Shown here: positions 10,743 to 19,938 of the stretch, in pieces
How the letters are laid out: each line of letters opens with the position of its first letter
Position numbering within the stretch: position 1 is the first letter of the stretch
From: an uncultured Collinsella sp.
Lineage (GTDB): Bacteria; Actinomycetota; Coriobacteriia; Coriobacteriales; Coriobacteriaceae
DNA: 64,000 bases
Assembly: GCA_902406155.1 (NCBI GenBank)
Contig: CABPCW010000001.1
Coordinates: 8,272-72,271, forward strand
Direction of reading: 5' to 3'
Made by a program: the position numbers and the translations under genes
The notes under the pieces: model-generated
Databases searched by the model: none
Seen by the model: only the letters and a program-made list of their open reading frames with translations
What the model was told of the DNA's origin: nothing

Positions 10743-10775
10743 AAAAGACCGACGATGCAGGCGCATCGTCGGTCT
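10743..10775 (-). terminator. Intrinsic terminator of thiI
   Basis: 13-bp stem agaccgacgatgc/gcatcgtcggtct ending in TTTT on the minus strand. Confidence 0.8.
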
Positions 10776-10785
10776 ATGCACAAAT

Positions 10786-12030
10786 TTACTCGTAATCTTG
10801 GTAAATCTCACGCGGAGCAAGCTCCGAATGTTTGCGTTTTAAGGTCTTAGGGGCCTTATACGTGTTGCTCTCGAAGTCGATGTACTCGGTCTGCTTGAGC
10901 AGGCGCTCGATCATCTCCTCATGATCGAACAACTCCCAGGCCTCATGCACGGCATCGAGTTTAGCGTGCGTCTCGGGTCGGCGCGGCATAAACAGCGTGC
11001 AGCAGTCGGGAGCGGCCTCAGTCGAGATATCGAACGTACCGATCTCCTCAGCACGCGCGATGATCTCCTGCTTGTCCGAACCGATGAGAGGACGGAACAC
11101 GGGGATCTTCACGGCCTCGTTGACGGCCATGATGTTCTCAAGCGTTTGGGAGGCAACCTGCCCAAGCGATTCGCCCGTAACGATGGCCTTGGCGCCCTCG
11201 ATGTGCGCAATGCGCTCGGCAACCGAATACATAATGCGACGATACATGATCACACGCAGGTTGCTGGGGCAGGTGACCGAAATCTCACGCTGGCAGTCGC
11301 CAAACGGCACCACGTACAGGCGGCCGATCTGGACACCCGGCTCAAGCGCACGGATGATATCCTGCACCAAATACTCACTCGTATCGGGCGTCTGCGGACG
11401 ACCGGAGAAATGTACCGGCACGCAAACCGCGCCGCGGCGCGCGAGCATCCAGGTCGCCACCGGAGAATCGATACCCGAGGACAGCAGCGTCACGACCTTG
11501 CCGGCAGAACCCACCGGCAGACCGCCCACGCCGCGCTCGGAGCGTGCGTACACGTAAACGCTACCCTGGACCACCAGTACGTGCACCATTGCATCGGGGT
11601 CGTGCATTTGAACCTTTTTATCGGGGAAGGCCTCACACAGTACCTCGCCCACCTGACGATTGATATCGATCGAGGTGAGCTCATAGTCAGTATTGGAGCG
11701 CTTGGCGTGCACCTTAAACGAATCGAAGGAACCAAACTCGCGCAGCGCCTTCACGGCGGCGGCGCAGTACTCCTGCGGGTCGCGGTTGGTGTGATACGCC
11801 AAAGACACACGGGCAACGCCGGGAACGGTGCGAATGACACGCGCCGCCTCGTCGGCCTGATGTTCGTTAAAGGTCACGAGGATATAACCGGAAATTCGAG
11901 ACACGGCGTTCACGGAAAAGGCGGCCAAGGCCGCCTTGATGTTATCCATGAGGATATGCTCAAAATGTGCGCGGTTCTTGCCCTTCAGTCCAACCTCGTG
12001 ATAGTGGACCAGGCAGACGCGAGCCGCCAT
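10786..12030 (-). CDS. thiI: tRNA 4-thiouridine synthase ThiI
   Basis: YHEVGLKGKNR, THUMP domain, GGLPVG, SSGIDS PP-loop, GQVASQT, DCC. Confidence 0.94.
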   Translation of the reverse strand: MAARVCLVHYHEVGLKGKNRAHFEHILMDNIKAALAAFSVNAVSRISGYILVTFNEHQADEAARVIRTVPGVARVSLAYHTNRDPQEYCAAAVKALREFGSFDSFKVHAKRSNTDYELTSIDINRQVGEVLCEAFPDKKVQMHDPDAMVHVLVVQGSVYVYARSERGVGGLPVGSAGKVVTLLSSGIDSPVATWMLARRGAVCVPVHFSGRPQTPDTSEYLVQDIIRALEPGVQIGRLYVVPFGDCQREISVTCPSNLRVIMYRRIMYSVAERIAHIEGAKAIVTGESLGQVASQTLENIMAVNEAVKIPVFRPLIGSDKQEIIARAEEIGTFDISTEAAPDCCTLFMPRRPETHAKLDAVHEAWELFDHEEMIERLLKQTEYIDFESNTYKAPKTLKRKHSELAPREIYQDYE

Positions 12031-12312
12031 TTAGGCTTCAGCAACCTTGTGGCCGAGCGCCTTCTCGTAACGGGCCTCGTCGTAGGAGATATCGCCGTCG
12101 ACGATCTCGTCCATAGCCATCGAGATGGTGTCGGCGCCGGAAAGCGCGATGGTGATGTCGTCGACATCCTGAACAGCAAGCACGCGGTTATGCTGGCCGC
12201 GCAGCATGCTATTGATGTCGCAGGCACGCTTAGAGGCAAGCGAAGCGAGCAGGAAGCGGTTGTGATCGGTCTTCTCCAGAAGATCGTCAATGCAAGGCTT
12301 TACAACGGACAC
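12031..12312 (-). CDS. rpoZ: RNA polymerase omega subunit
   Basis: PCIDDLL..NRFLL..ASKRA..AMDEI; follows gmk. Confidence 0.9.
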   Translation of the reverse strand: MSVVKPCIDDLLEKTDHNRFLLASLASKRACDINSMLRGQHNRVLAVQDVDDITIALSGADTISMAMDEIVDGDISYDEARYEKALGHKVAEA

Positions 12313-12317
12313 GGACC

Positions 12318-12887
12318 TCAGATCCTTTCATGCATATCGAGAACGCGAACGAGCTCGTCGGTCGCGCGGTCGAGATCGTCATTCACCACGACGTCGTCGT
12401 AGCGGTCGGCAAGGGCAAGCTCATGGGCGGCGTTTGCCATACGCAGCTCAATCGTCTCGGGCGTCTCGGTACCGCGACCGACCAGACGCTCGCGGAGCAC
12501 CTCGAGCGAGGGTGGCTTGATAAAAATCAACACGGCTTCGGGGAAACGCTCCTTGACCTGCAGGGCACCCTGAACATCGATCTCCAAGATGAGAGACGAA
12601 CCAGAGGCGAGCTTGGACTGAACCTCGCTCACCAACGTGCCATAGCAGTTACCGTGGACCTCGGCCCACTCAACAAACTCACCGTTTGCCACGCGGCGGT
12701 CGAACTCCTCGCGCGTCAGGAAAAAGTAATTGACGCCATCGACCTCGCCTTTGCGTGGGGCTCGCGTGGTAGCCGAAACCGTCAGGCCCAGGTTAGAGCG
12801 ACGCTCGCGCACACGAGTGACGAGCGTGCCCTTGCCCGCGCCTGACGGTCCAGAAATCACAAAGAGCTTTGAATCCTGAGCGCTCAC
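12318..12887 (-). CDS. gmk: Guanylate kinase
   Basis: SGPSGAGKGT, TTRAPRKGEVDGVNYFF, EIDVQGA. Confidence 0.96.
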   Translation of the reverse strand: MSAQDSKLFVISGPSGAGKGTLVTRVRERRSNLGLTVSATTRAPRKGEVDGVNYFFLTREEFDRRVANGEFVEWAEVHGNCYGTLVSEVQSKLASGSSLILEIDVQGALQVKERFPEAVLIFIKPPSLEVLRERLVGRGTETPETIELRMANAAHELALADRYDDVVVNDDLDRATDELVRVLDMHERI

Positions 12888-13196
12888 TTATTTGGTCAGC
12901 TGCTCGAGGAGCTGCTCGCGCTGACGGACGCCAAGGCCCTGGACGCGACGGGTAGCGGAGATGCCGAGCTCCTCCATGATCTTGGCGGCCTTGGCCTTGC
13001 CATAACCGGGGAGAGACTCGATGAGGGTGGAAACCTTCATGCGGGAAGCAATGGGGTCATCGGAGTTGAGCACGGACTCGAGGGACTTCTCGCCCTTCTT
13101 GATCTGCTCACGGAGCTCTGCGCGAGCGTGACGTGCGGCGGCAGCCTTCTCAAGAGCCTGCTTGCGCTGCTCATCGGTAAGCTGAGGGAGTGCCAT
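12888..13196 (-). CDS. mihF: Actinobacterial integration host factor (mIHF/sIHF, S13-like H2TH)
   Basis: MALPQLTDEQR..ALEKAAAAR..LPGYGKAKA..RRVQGLG; pyrF-mihF-gmk-rpoZ synteny. Confidence 0.92.
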   Translation of the reverse strand: MALPQLTDEQRKQALEKAAAARHARAELREQIKKGEKSLESVLNSDDPIASRMKVSTLIESLPGYGKAKAAKIMEELGISATRRVQGLGVRQREQLLEQLTK

Positions 13197-13284
13197 TCGT
13201 ACCTCCAAGTAGTTGGGTTATATCTGATTCAATAATTGGCATTTTAGCATGTAAAACGTACAAAATGCCCAATCGCGGCTCCAT

Positions 13285-13313
13285 AGGTTAGACGATACCC
13301 GCAAAAAGTGCAA
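13285..13313 (-). promoter_or_regulatory. Putative sigmaA promoter of the mihF operon
   Basis: TTGCAC-17 nt-TAACCT on the minus strand; a second extended -10 (TGcTAAAAT) at 13241..13249. Confidence 0.5.
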
Positions 13314-13435
13314 TATATCGGACTCAAAGTTAAGCCCCTGGCCCGCGATTCCACACAAAGGATGGGAAAGTTTTCGCAGGCACAGGGGCTAGTTTGTGCT
13401 AATGAGACCCAAAAGTGGTGACTTGAGGGAATCTT

Positions 13436-14152
13436 TTAGACGACGTTTTCGGCCAGCTCGGCAACAATGGCGTCAAACGCGGCAACCGGATCATCGGCGC
13501 CGGTAATGGGGCGACCTACCACGATATGGCTCGCGCCGCGCTCGATGGCCTGGGAAGGCGTGGCCACGCGGGACTGATCGCCCAGCGCAGCACCAACCGG
13601 ACGCACGCCCGGGGTCACAATCAACGCATCGGAGCCCAGCAGCTCACGCATGTCATGAGCCTCCATCGGCGAGCACACGATGCCGTCGATACCGTTGGCC
13701 CGGGCGAGTTTTGCCAGACGGGCGGCCTCCTCGGCAACGGGCGACTCGACGCCGATCTCGCTCAGCGCATCCTGGTTCATGCTCGTAAGCACGGTGATGG
13801 CGACGAGCTTGGCTCGATCCTCGCGTGCCCCCTCAGCACCCTCACGGCAGGCGGCGAGCATAGCACCCGAACCCAAGCCGTGAACCGAAAGCAAGTCGGC
13901 ACCGGCAAGCGAGGCCGAACGAGCGGCACCGCGCACCTGATGCGGAATGTCATGGAACTTAAGGTCGAGGAAGACCTTAAAGCCCAGATCCTTGAATGTT
14001 TTGACGATCTCGGGACCCTCGGCGTAATAGAGCGTCATGCCCACCTTGAGCCAGGCGGCATGGCCCGAAAGCTCATGGGCGAGCTCGAGCGCACGCTCAC
14101 GGTCGCAGTCGAGGGCGACGATAACGCGGTCGCGGGCATCGGTCTCTAGCAT
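13436..14152 (-). CDS. pyrF: Orotidine-5'-phosphate decarboxylase
   Basis: VIVALD, KVG, FLDLKFHDIP, TVLTS, TPGVRP, DQSRV, VVGRPI. Confidence 0.96.
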   Translation of the reverse strand: MLETDARDRVIVALDCDRERALELAHELSGHAAWLKVGMTLYYAEGPEIVKTFKDLGFKVFLDLKFHDIPHQVRGAARSASLAGADLLSVHGLGSGAMLAACREGAEGAREDRAKLVAITVLTSMNQDALSEIGVESPVAEEAARLAKLARANGIDGIVCSPMEAHDMRELLGSDALIVTPGVRPVGAALGDQSRVATPSQAIERGASHIVVGRPITGADDPVAAFDAIVAELAENVV

Positions 14153-15069
14153 TCGAAAGCACCTACCAGCTCGTTGATGTCCTTCACGCCCTGGGACTCG
14201 GCCCAGGCCTCGAGCTCGCGCGCAATCTTGAGCGAAGCGCACGGATCGACGAAGTTGGCCATACCGACCGATACGCAGGTAGCGCCAGCCAGGATAAACT
14301 CGGCCGCGTCCTCACCGGTCATGACGCCGCCGACACCGTTGATGGGAATGTCGACGGCTTGGGCAACCTCCCAGACCATACGCACGGCGATGTGATGGCA
14401 CAGCGGGCCCGAAAGACCGCCCTTGGGCTTGGCCACACGCGACTTGCGGGTATGGACGTCGATGGCCATACCCTGGATGGAATTGATGACCGAAAGGCCG
14501 TCGGCGCCGGCGGCCTCGAGGGACTTGGCGATCTCGGCGACGTTGACCGGGGCCATCTTCACAAACAGCGGCTTGTCGGTCACCTTGCGGCACGCGGCCA
14601 TGACAGCAGAGGCGCCCTCGGGCGTGGAGCCCATGGCGGCACCGCCGGCGGCAATGTTGGGGCAGCTCACGTTGATCTCATAGCCGGCAGCCCAGGGGCA
14701 CAGCTCGACATACATCTCGAGCGCACGAACAAACTCGTCCACGGAATGACCGGCAACCTGGCAAATGACCTGGCAACCGTCCTTGGAGAGCTGCTCGAGC
14801 CACGGACCGGACTCGCGGGCGAAAGCGGCCACACCGGGGTTCTGCAGGCCCACGGAATTAATCATGCCACCGGGGATCTCGGCCATGCGGGGTGCGGGAT
14901 TGCCGGGCCAGGGCTCGGCAGCGCAGCCCTTGGTGGTGATGGCACCCAGCTGGGAGACATCGAAGAAGTTCTGGAACTGCCAACCGTAGCCAAAGGTACC
15001 GGCTGCGGTGTTGATGGGGTTCTGCATCTTGACACCGCCGAAATCGACGGCCATGTTCACGGTACCCAT
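14146..15069 (-). CDS. pyrD: Dihydroorotate dehydrogenase 1B catalytic subunit
   Basis: GNPAPR, NSVGLQNPG, EINVSCPN, GGLSGP, GVGGV. Confidence 0.95.
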   Translation of the reverse strand: MGTVNMAVDFGGVKMQNPINTAAGTFGYGWQFQNFFDVSQLGAITTKGCAAEPWPGNPAPRMAEIPGGMINSVGLQNPGVAAFARESGPWLEQLSKDGCQVICQVAGHSVDEFVRALEMYVELCPWAAGYEINVSCPNIAAGGAAMGSTPEGASAVMAACRKVTDKPLFVKMAPVNVAEIAKSLEAAGADGLSVINSIQGMAIDVHTRKSRVAKPKGGLSGPLCHHIAVRMVWEVAQAVDIPINGVGGVMTGEDAAEFILAGATCVSVGMANFVDPCASLKIARELEAWAESQGVKDINELVGAFEC

Positions 15070-15860
15070 TAGAAGACCACCACCTTGGAAGCATCAAACA
15101 CGGGGCCGCACATGCAGGCGCCCTTCATACCGTCGACCGTCTCGACATTGCAGGTGTTGCAGGCGCCAAAGCCACAGCTCATCATGCGCTCGAGCGACAC
15201 CTCGCAGTACGCGCCGGCCTCGGCGGCAGCGGCGGCGACCTTCTTCATCATGACGGCGGGACCGCAGCTGGCGACGTAGTCGTAACTGCCCTCGCTGAGC
15301 AGCTCGGCGGCAGGATCGGTGCAGAAGCCGTGCGTGCCCAGTGAGCCGTCGTCGGTGCACACGTTGACCGTGGCTCCCAGCGCGCGGAACTCATCGACGC
15401 CCACGGCCTTGGACGCGGTGCCAAAGCCCAGGCATACGTCAACGTCAACACCCTGCTCGGCAAGCATGTCGGCCAGGCAGAGCACGGGCGGAACGCCAAT
15501 GCCGCCGGCGACGAGCAGTGCCTTCCTGGTACCCTCGGGCACGAACCAGCCGCGGCCGCCAGGGCCCAGCAGATTGGAGGTGGAGCCAGGGGCCATCTGC
15601 GACAGACGGCGGGTATCATCGCCCACAACGGCGTACCACAGCTCGACGGTGCCGGCCTCGGCGTCGGCGCGATAGAAGCTCAGGGGCACGCGAAGCAGCG
15701 AGGAAGCATCGCCGGGAACGGCGATATTCACGAACTGACCGGGCTTGAGCGCACTAGCAAGCTTGGGGGCCGAGATAACGAGCGAGAAGATGCCGTCGGC
15801 GATCTCCTGGTTCGAGACGACCTCGAAGTCGTGCATGCGTGCAGTGGAAGGTGTGGGCAT
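15069..15860 (-). CDS. pyrK: Dihydroorotate dehydrogenase electron transfer subunit
   Basis: PGQFV, GGIGVPP, CGP, ERMMSCGFGACNTC..C..GPVF 2Fe-2S motif. Confidence 0.93.
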   Translation of the reverse strand: MPTPSTARMHDFEVVSNQEIADGIFSLVISAPKLASALKPGQFVNIAVPGDASSLLRVPLSFYRADAEAGTVELWYAVVGDDTRRLSQMAPGSTSNLLGPGGRGWFVPEGTRKALLVAGGIGVPPVLCLADMLAEQGVDVDVCLGFGTASKAVGVDEFRALGATVNVCTDDGSLGTHGFCTDPAAELLSEGSYDYVASCGPAVMMKKVAAAAAEAGAYCEVSLERMMSCGFGACNTCNVETVDGMKGACMCGPVFDASKVVVF

Positions 15861-15952
15861 AGATGCTCCAATCCCCCATGCGGTTGCATGGTTCAGGCGA
15901 ACAGAAAGCGCGGCACCGCAAGGGCGCCGCGCATAAAAGCGATAAGGCTATG

Positions 15953-17225
15953 CTAGCAGATGCAGCCGTCGGCAAGCGTCTGCTTACCGCCGACAAACAC
16001 ATCGGTGGCACGACCGATGAGCGTGCGGCCGGCAAAACCGGAGTTCTCGGCGCGCGACTCGTAGCCGTCCTCGCCGACCGTCCAGGTAGCGGACACGTCG
16101 AAGACGGTCAGGTCGGCAACAGAGCCCGCCTTGACCTGAACCTGATCCAGACCCAAGATCTCGCGCGGCTTGATGGCCATGAGCTCGACCATGCGACCCA
16201 TGCCCATCTTACCGGTGTTGACCAGCTCGGTAAGCACGAGCGCCAGCGAGGTCTCGAGGCCGATCATGCCGAAGGGCGCAAGCTCGAACTCACGGGCCTT
16301 CTCCCACGGGGTGTGGGGAGCGTGGTCGGTGACGATGGCGTCGACGGTGCCGTCGATGACGCCCTGACGGATAGCCTCGGCGTCCTCGTCGGTACGCAGC
16401 GGCGGGTTGACCTTGAGCGAGGTGTTGTAAGTCTCGTCCAGGTCGTTCTCGGTCAGGAACATGTGATGCGGGGTGGCCTCGCAGGTAACCTGAACGCCAG
16501 CGGCCTTACCGGCACGCACGAGCTCCAGGCCATGGGCGGTGGAGATGTGCTGGATGTGCAGCTTGGCGCCGGTCAGCTTGGCGATCTCGATATCGCGGGC
16601 AATCTGAAGCTCCTCGCCGGCGGCCGGCCAACCCTCGAGGGCCAGACGGGTCGAGACCTTGCCCTCGTTGATCTGGCCGTGGCCGACCAGATCCTCGTCC
16701 TGGCAGTGGCTCATAAAGACCTTGCCGAACATCTTGCCGTAGTCCATGCAGCGACGGAGCATGCCCGCGCCCTGCACGCCGCGACCGTCGTCAGTGAAGG
16801 CGACGGCGCCGTGGGCGACCATATCGCCCATCTCGGACATAGCCTCGCCCTTAAGGCCGCGGGTCATGGCGCCAGAAGGATAGACGCGGCAGTGGCCGAC
16901 CTCGGCGGCGCGGGATTTGACGAACTCAACGACGGTACCGTTATCGGTAACGGGGTCGGTGTTGGGCATGGCACACACGCCGGTGAAGCCGCCCTTGGCA
17001 GCTGCGCGGGTGCCGCTCTCGATGTCCTCTTTGACCTCGTAGCCGGGCTCGCGCAAGTGAACGTGCATGTCCACCAGGCCAGGGACGAGGTACTTACCGG
17101 AAAGGTCACGGACCTCGGCTCCCTCGGCGGCGAGGTTCTCGCCGACCTCGGCGATCTTGTCGCCGTCAATCAGGACGTCAACGACACCGTCAAGCTCGAC
17201 GGACGGGTCGACGACGTGGGCATTC

Positions 17226-17242
<17 letters not shown>
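15953..17242 (-). CDS. pyrC: Dihydroorotase
   Basis: DMHVHLREPG, MPNT, EATPHH, KVNPPLR, TDHAPH. Confidence 0.96.
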
Positions 17243-18771
<1,529 letters not shown>

Positions 18772-18798
18772 TCACATGTCTTGACTGCTGACACAGTC

Positions 18799-18920
18799 AA
18801 AAAAATAGATGCCCGACCGCTCAAAGCGGAACCAGACACCCACAGGAAGTACTGCTCATTGACAGCTATGTAATTCCATGTGGGTATCTCGTACCCCTTT
18901 AATGGTCAAGGCATAGTGTA
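18799..18920 (-). promoter_or_regulatory. pyr operon leader: -10 (TACACT), anti-antiterminator, antiterminator, terminator
   Basis: Mutually exclusive stems read by eye; terminator 18807..18841 followed by T7. Confidence 0.7.
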
Positions 18921-19014
18921 GCCAACCTCGGGCTCAAATGCGAGCATAAATACTAGTCAATCCGTAAACGGAGCCAATAGCTCCATAAACCTATTATATA
19001 TTTGTGGGAAGCGC

Positions 19015-19043
19015 TTGAAAACCTTGTTGCGAGCTGGCATAAT
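19015..19043 (+). promoter_or_regulatory. sigmaA-type promoter upstream of rpmB
   Basis: TTGAAA-17 nt-CATAAT; a second extended -10 TGcTATAGT at 19150..19158. Confidence 0.6.
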
Positions 19044-19212
19044 CCCCTCTGCTGCACGCAAATCGGATCTACGTCCAGGGCCGTAGCGTGGGCACTATCG
19101 CCAAAAGAGAAATATCTCTGTGTAGATTGCGCACAGAGACATGCTTCTGTGCTATAGTTCAGGCTTGTTTGTTAACGCGACATGTTCGTTTGTCGCCCAA
19201 GGAGGGTCAGTT

Positions 19213-19401
19213 ATGTCCAAAGTTTGCGAAGTTTGCGGTAAGCACCCCGTTGCCGGTCGCTCCATCAGCCACTCTCACCGCGTCACCAACCGTAAGTTCC
19301 GCCCCAACATCCAGCGCGTCTACGTCGTCGTCGATGGTCACCGTCGCAAGATGAACGTTTGCTCCACCTGCCTCAAGTCCGGCAAGGTTGCGCGCTCCTA
19401 A
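19213..19401 (+). CDS. rpmB: 50S ribosomal protein L28 (Cys-containing form)
   Basis: MSKVCEVCGK..SHSHRVTNRKFRPNIQ..VCSTCLKSGKV; AAGGAGG RBS. Confidence 0.96.
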   Translation: MSKVCEVCGKHPVAGRSISHSHRVTNRKFRPNIQRVYVVVDGHRRKMNVCSTCLKSGKVARS

Positions 19402-19453
19402 ATAAGGTCTTACCAACAAGTACCTCGGACTCTCCGGGTCAAAGACCTCGCGT

Positions 19454-19780
19454 TCACATAGAACTTACCAAAGGCGTTCTCCCATGTGGAGGGCGCCTTT
19501 TTTCAATCATTGGAAACAGACTTACATGAGTGCTTTCGAGCATAGGGGCCGCATCACAAATATCAAAAGGATCGTAGCCCAGCTGATATGCTTTGCAACT
19601 TGACCAGCAGTACGACTCGAGCGAGTCAAGCGCACCTTTCATAGGATTGAGATGGATGTAATCGAGCAGCTGCACCGCCTGCGTGTCCGACTCAACCGCG
19701 CCCCGCGAATAGCGATTATCAAACAGTTGCCCCGTTCTCCCCGTTTTCCCATTGAAATACTCATGCAAGTCTGTCCCCAA
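19454..19780 (-). pseudogene. Fragment of a REP-associated tyrosine transposase (RAYT, IS200/Y1-like)
   Basis: YFNxKxxRxGxLFxxRY, YIHLNP and YxWSS motifs typical of the RAYT C-terminal half; no N-terminal HUH region; lower GC than flanks. Confidence 0.75.
19470..19503 (+). terminator. Intrinsic terminator of rpmB
   Basis: aaaggcgttctcc/ggagggcgccttt stem followed by T-run. Confidence 0.8.
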
Positions 19781-19816
19781 TGAGCGGGGTGATGCAGTAG
19801 GCTGATAGTTTTTAGT

Positions 19817-19846
19817 TAAAACGCTTCATTAGGTTGAAGCGTTTTA
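19817..19846. promoter_or_regulatory. Perfect 12-bp inverted repeat upstream of adhE (candidate operator)
   Basis: TAAAACGCTTCA-ttaggt-TGAAGCGTTTTA; extended -10 TGcTATCAT at 19890..19898. Confidence 0.6.
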
Positions 19847-19938
19847 GTGTGCCTTTTACGGGAATCTTACCGTTCGCCGAATAATTTCTTGCTATCATGC
19901 AAGGCGTAGGGTAAATCTCCGATCGCAAGGAGACACAA

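Noticed and set aside
19036..19102. Resemblance to a purine riboswitch (ATAATC..GCACGCAA..TCTAC..CCGTA..ACTAT)
   Set aside because: P2 does not pair, the loop-2 GG needed for the kissing interaction is missing, and the ATAAT is better explained as a -10 box
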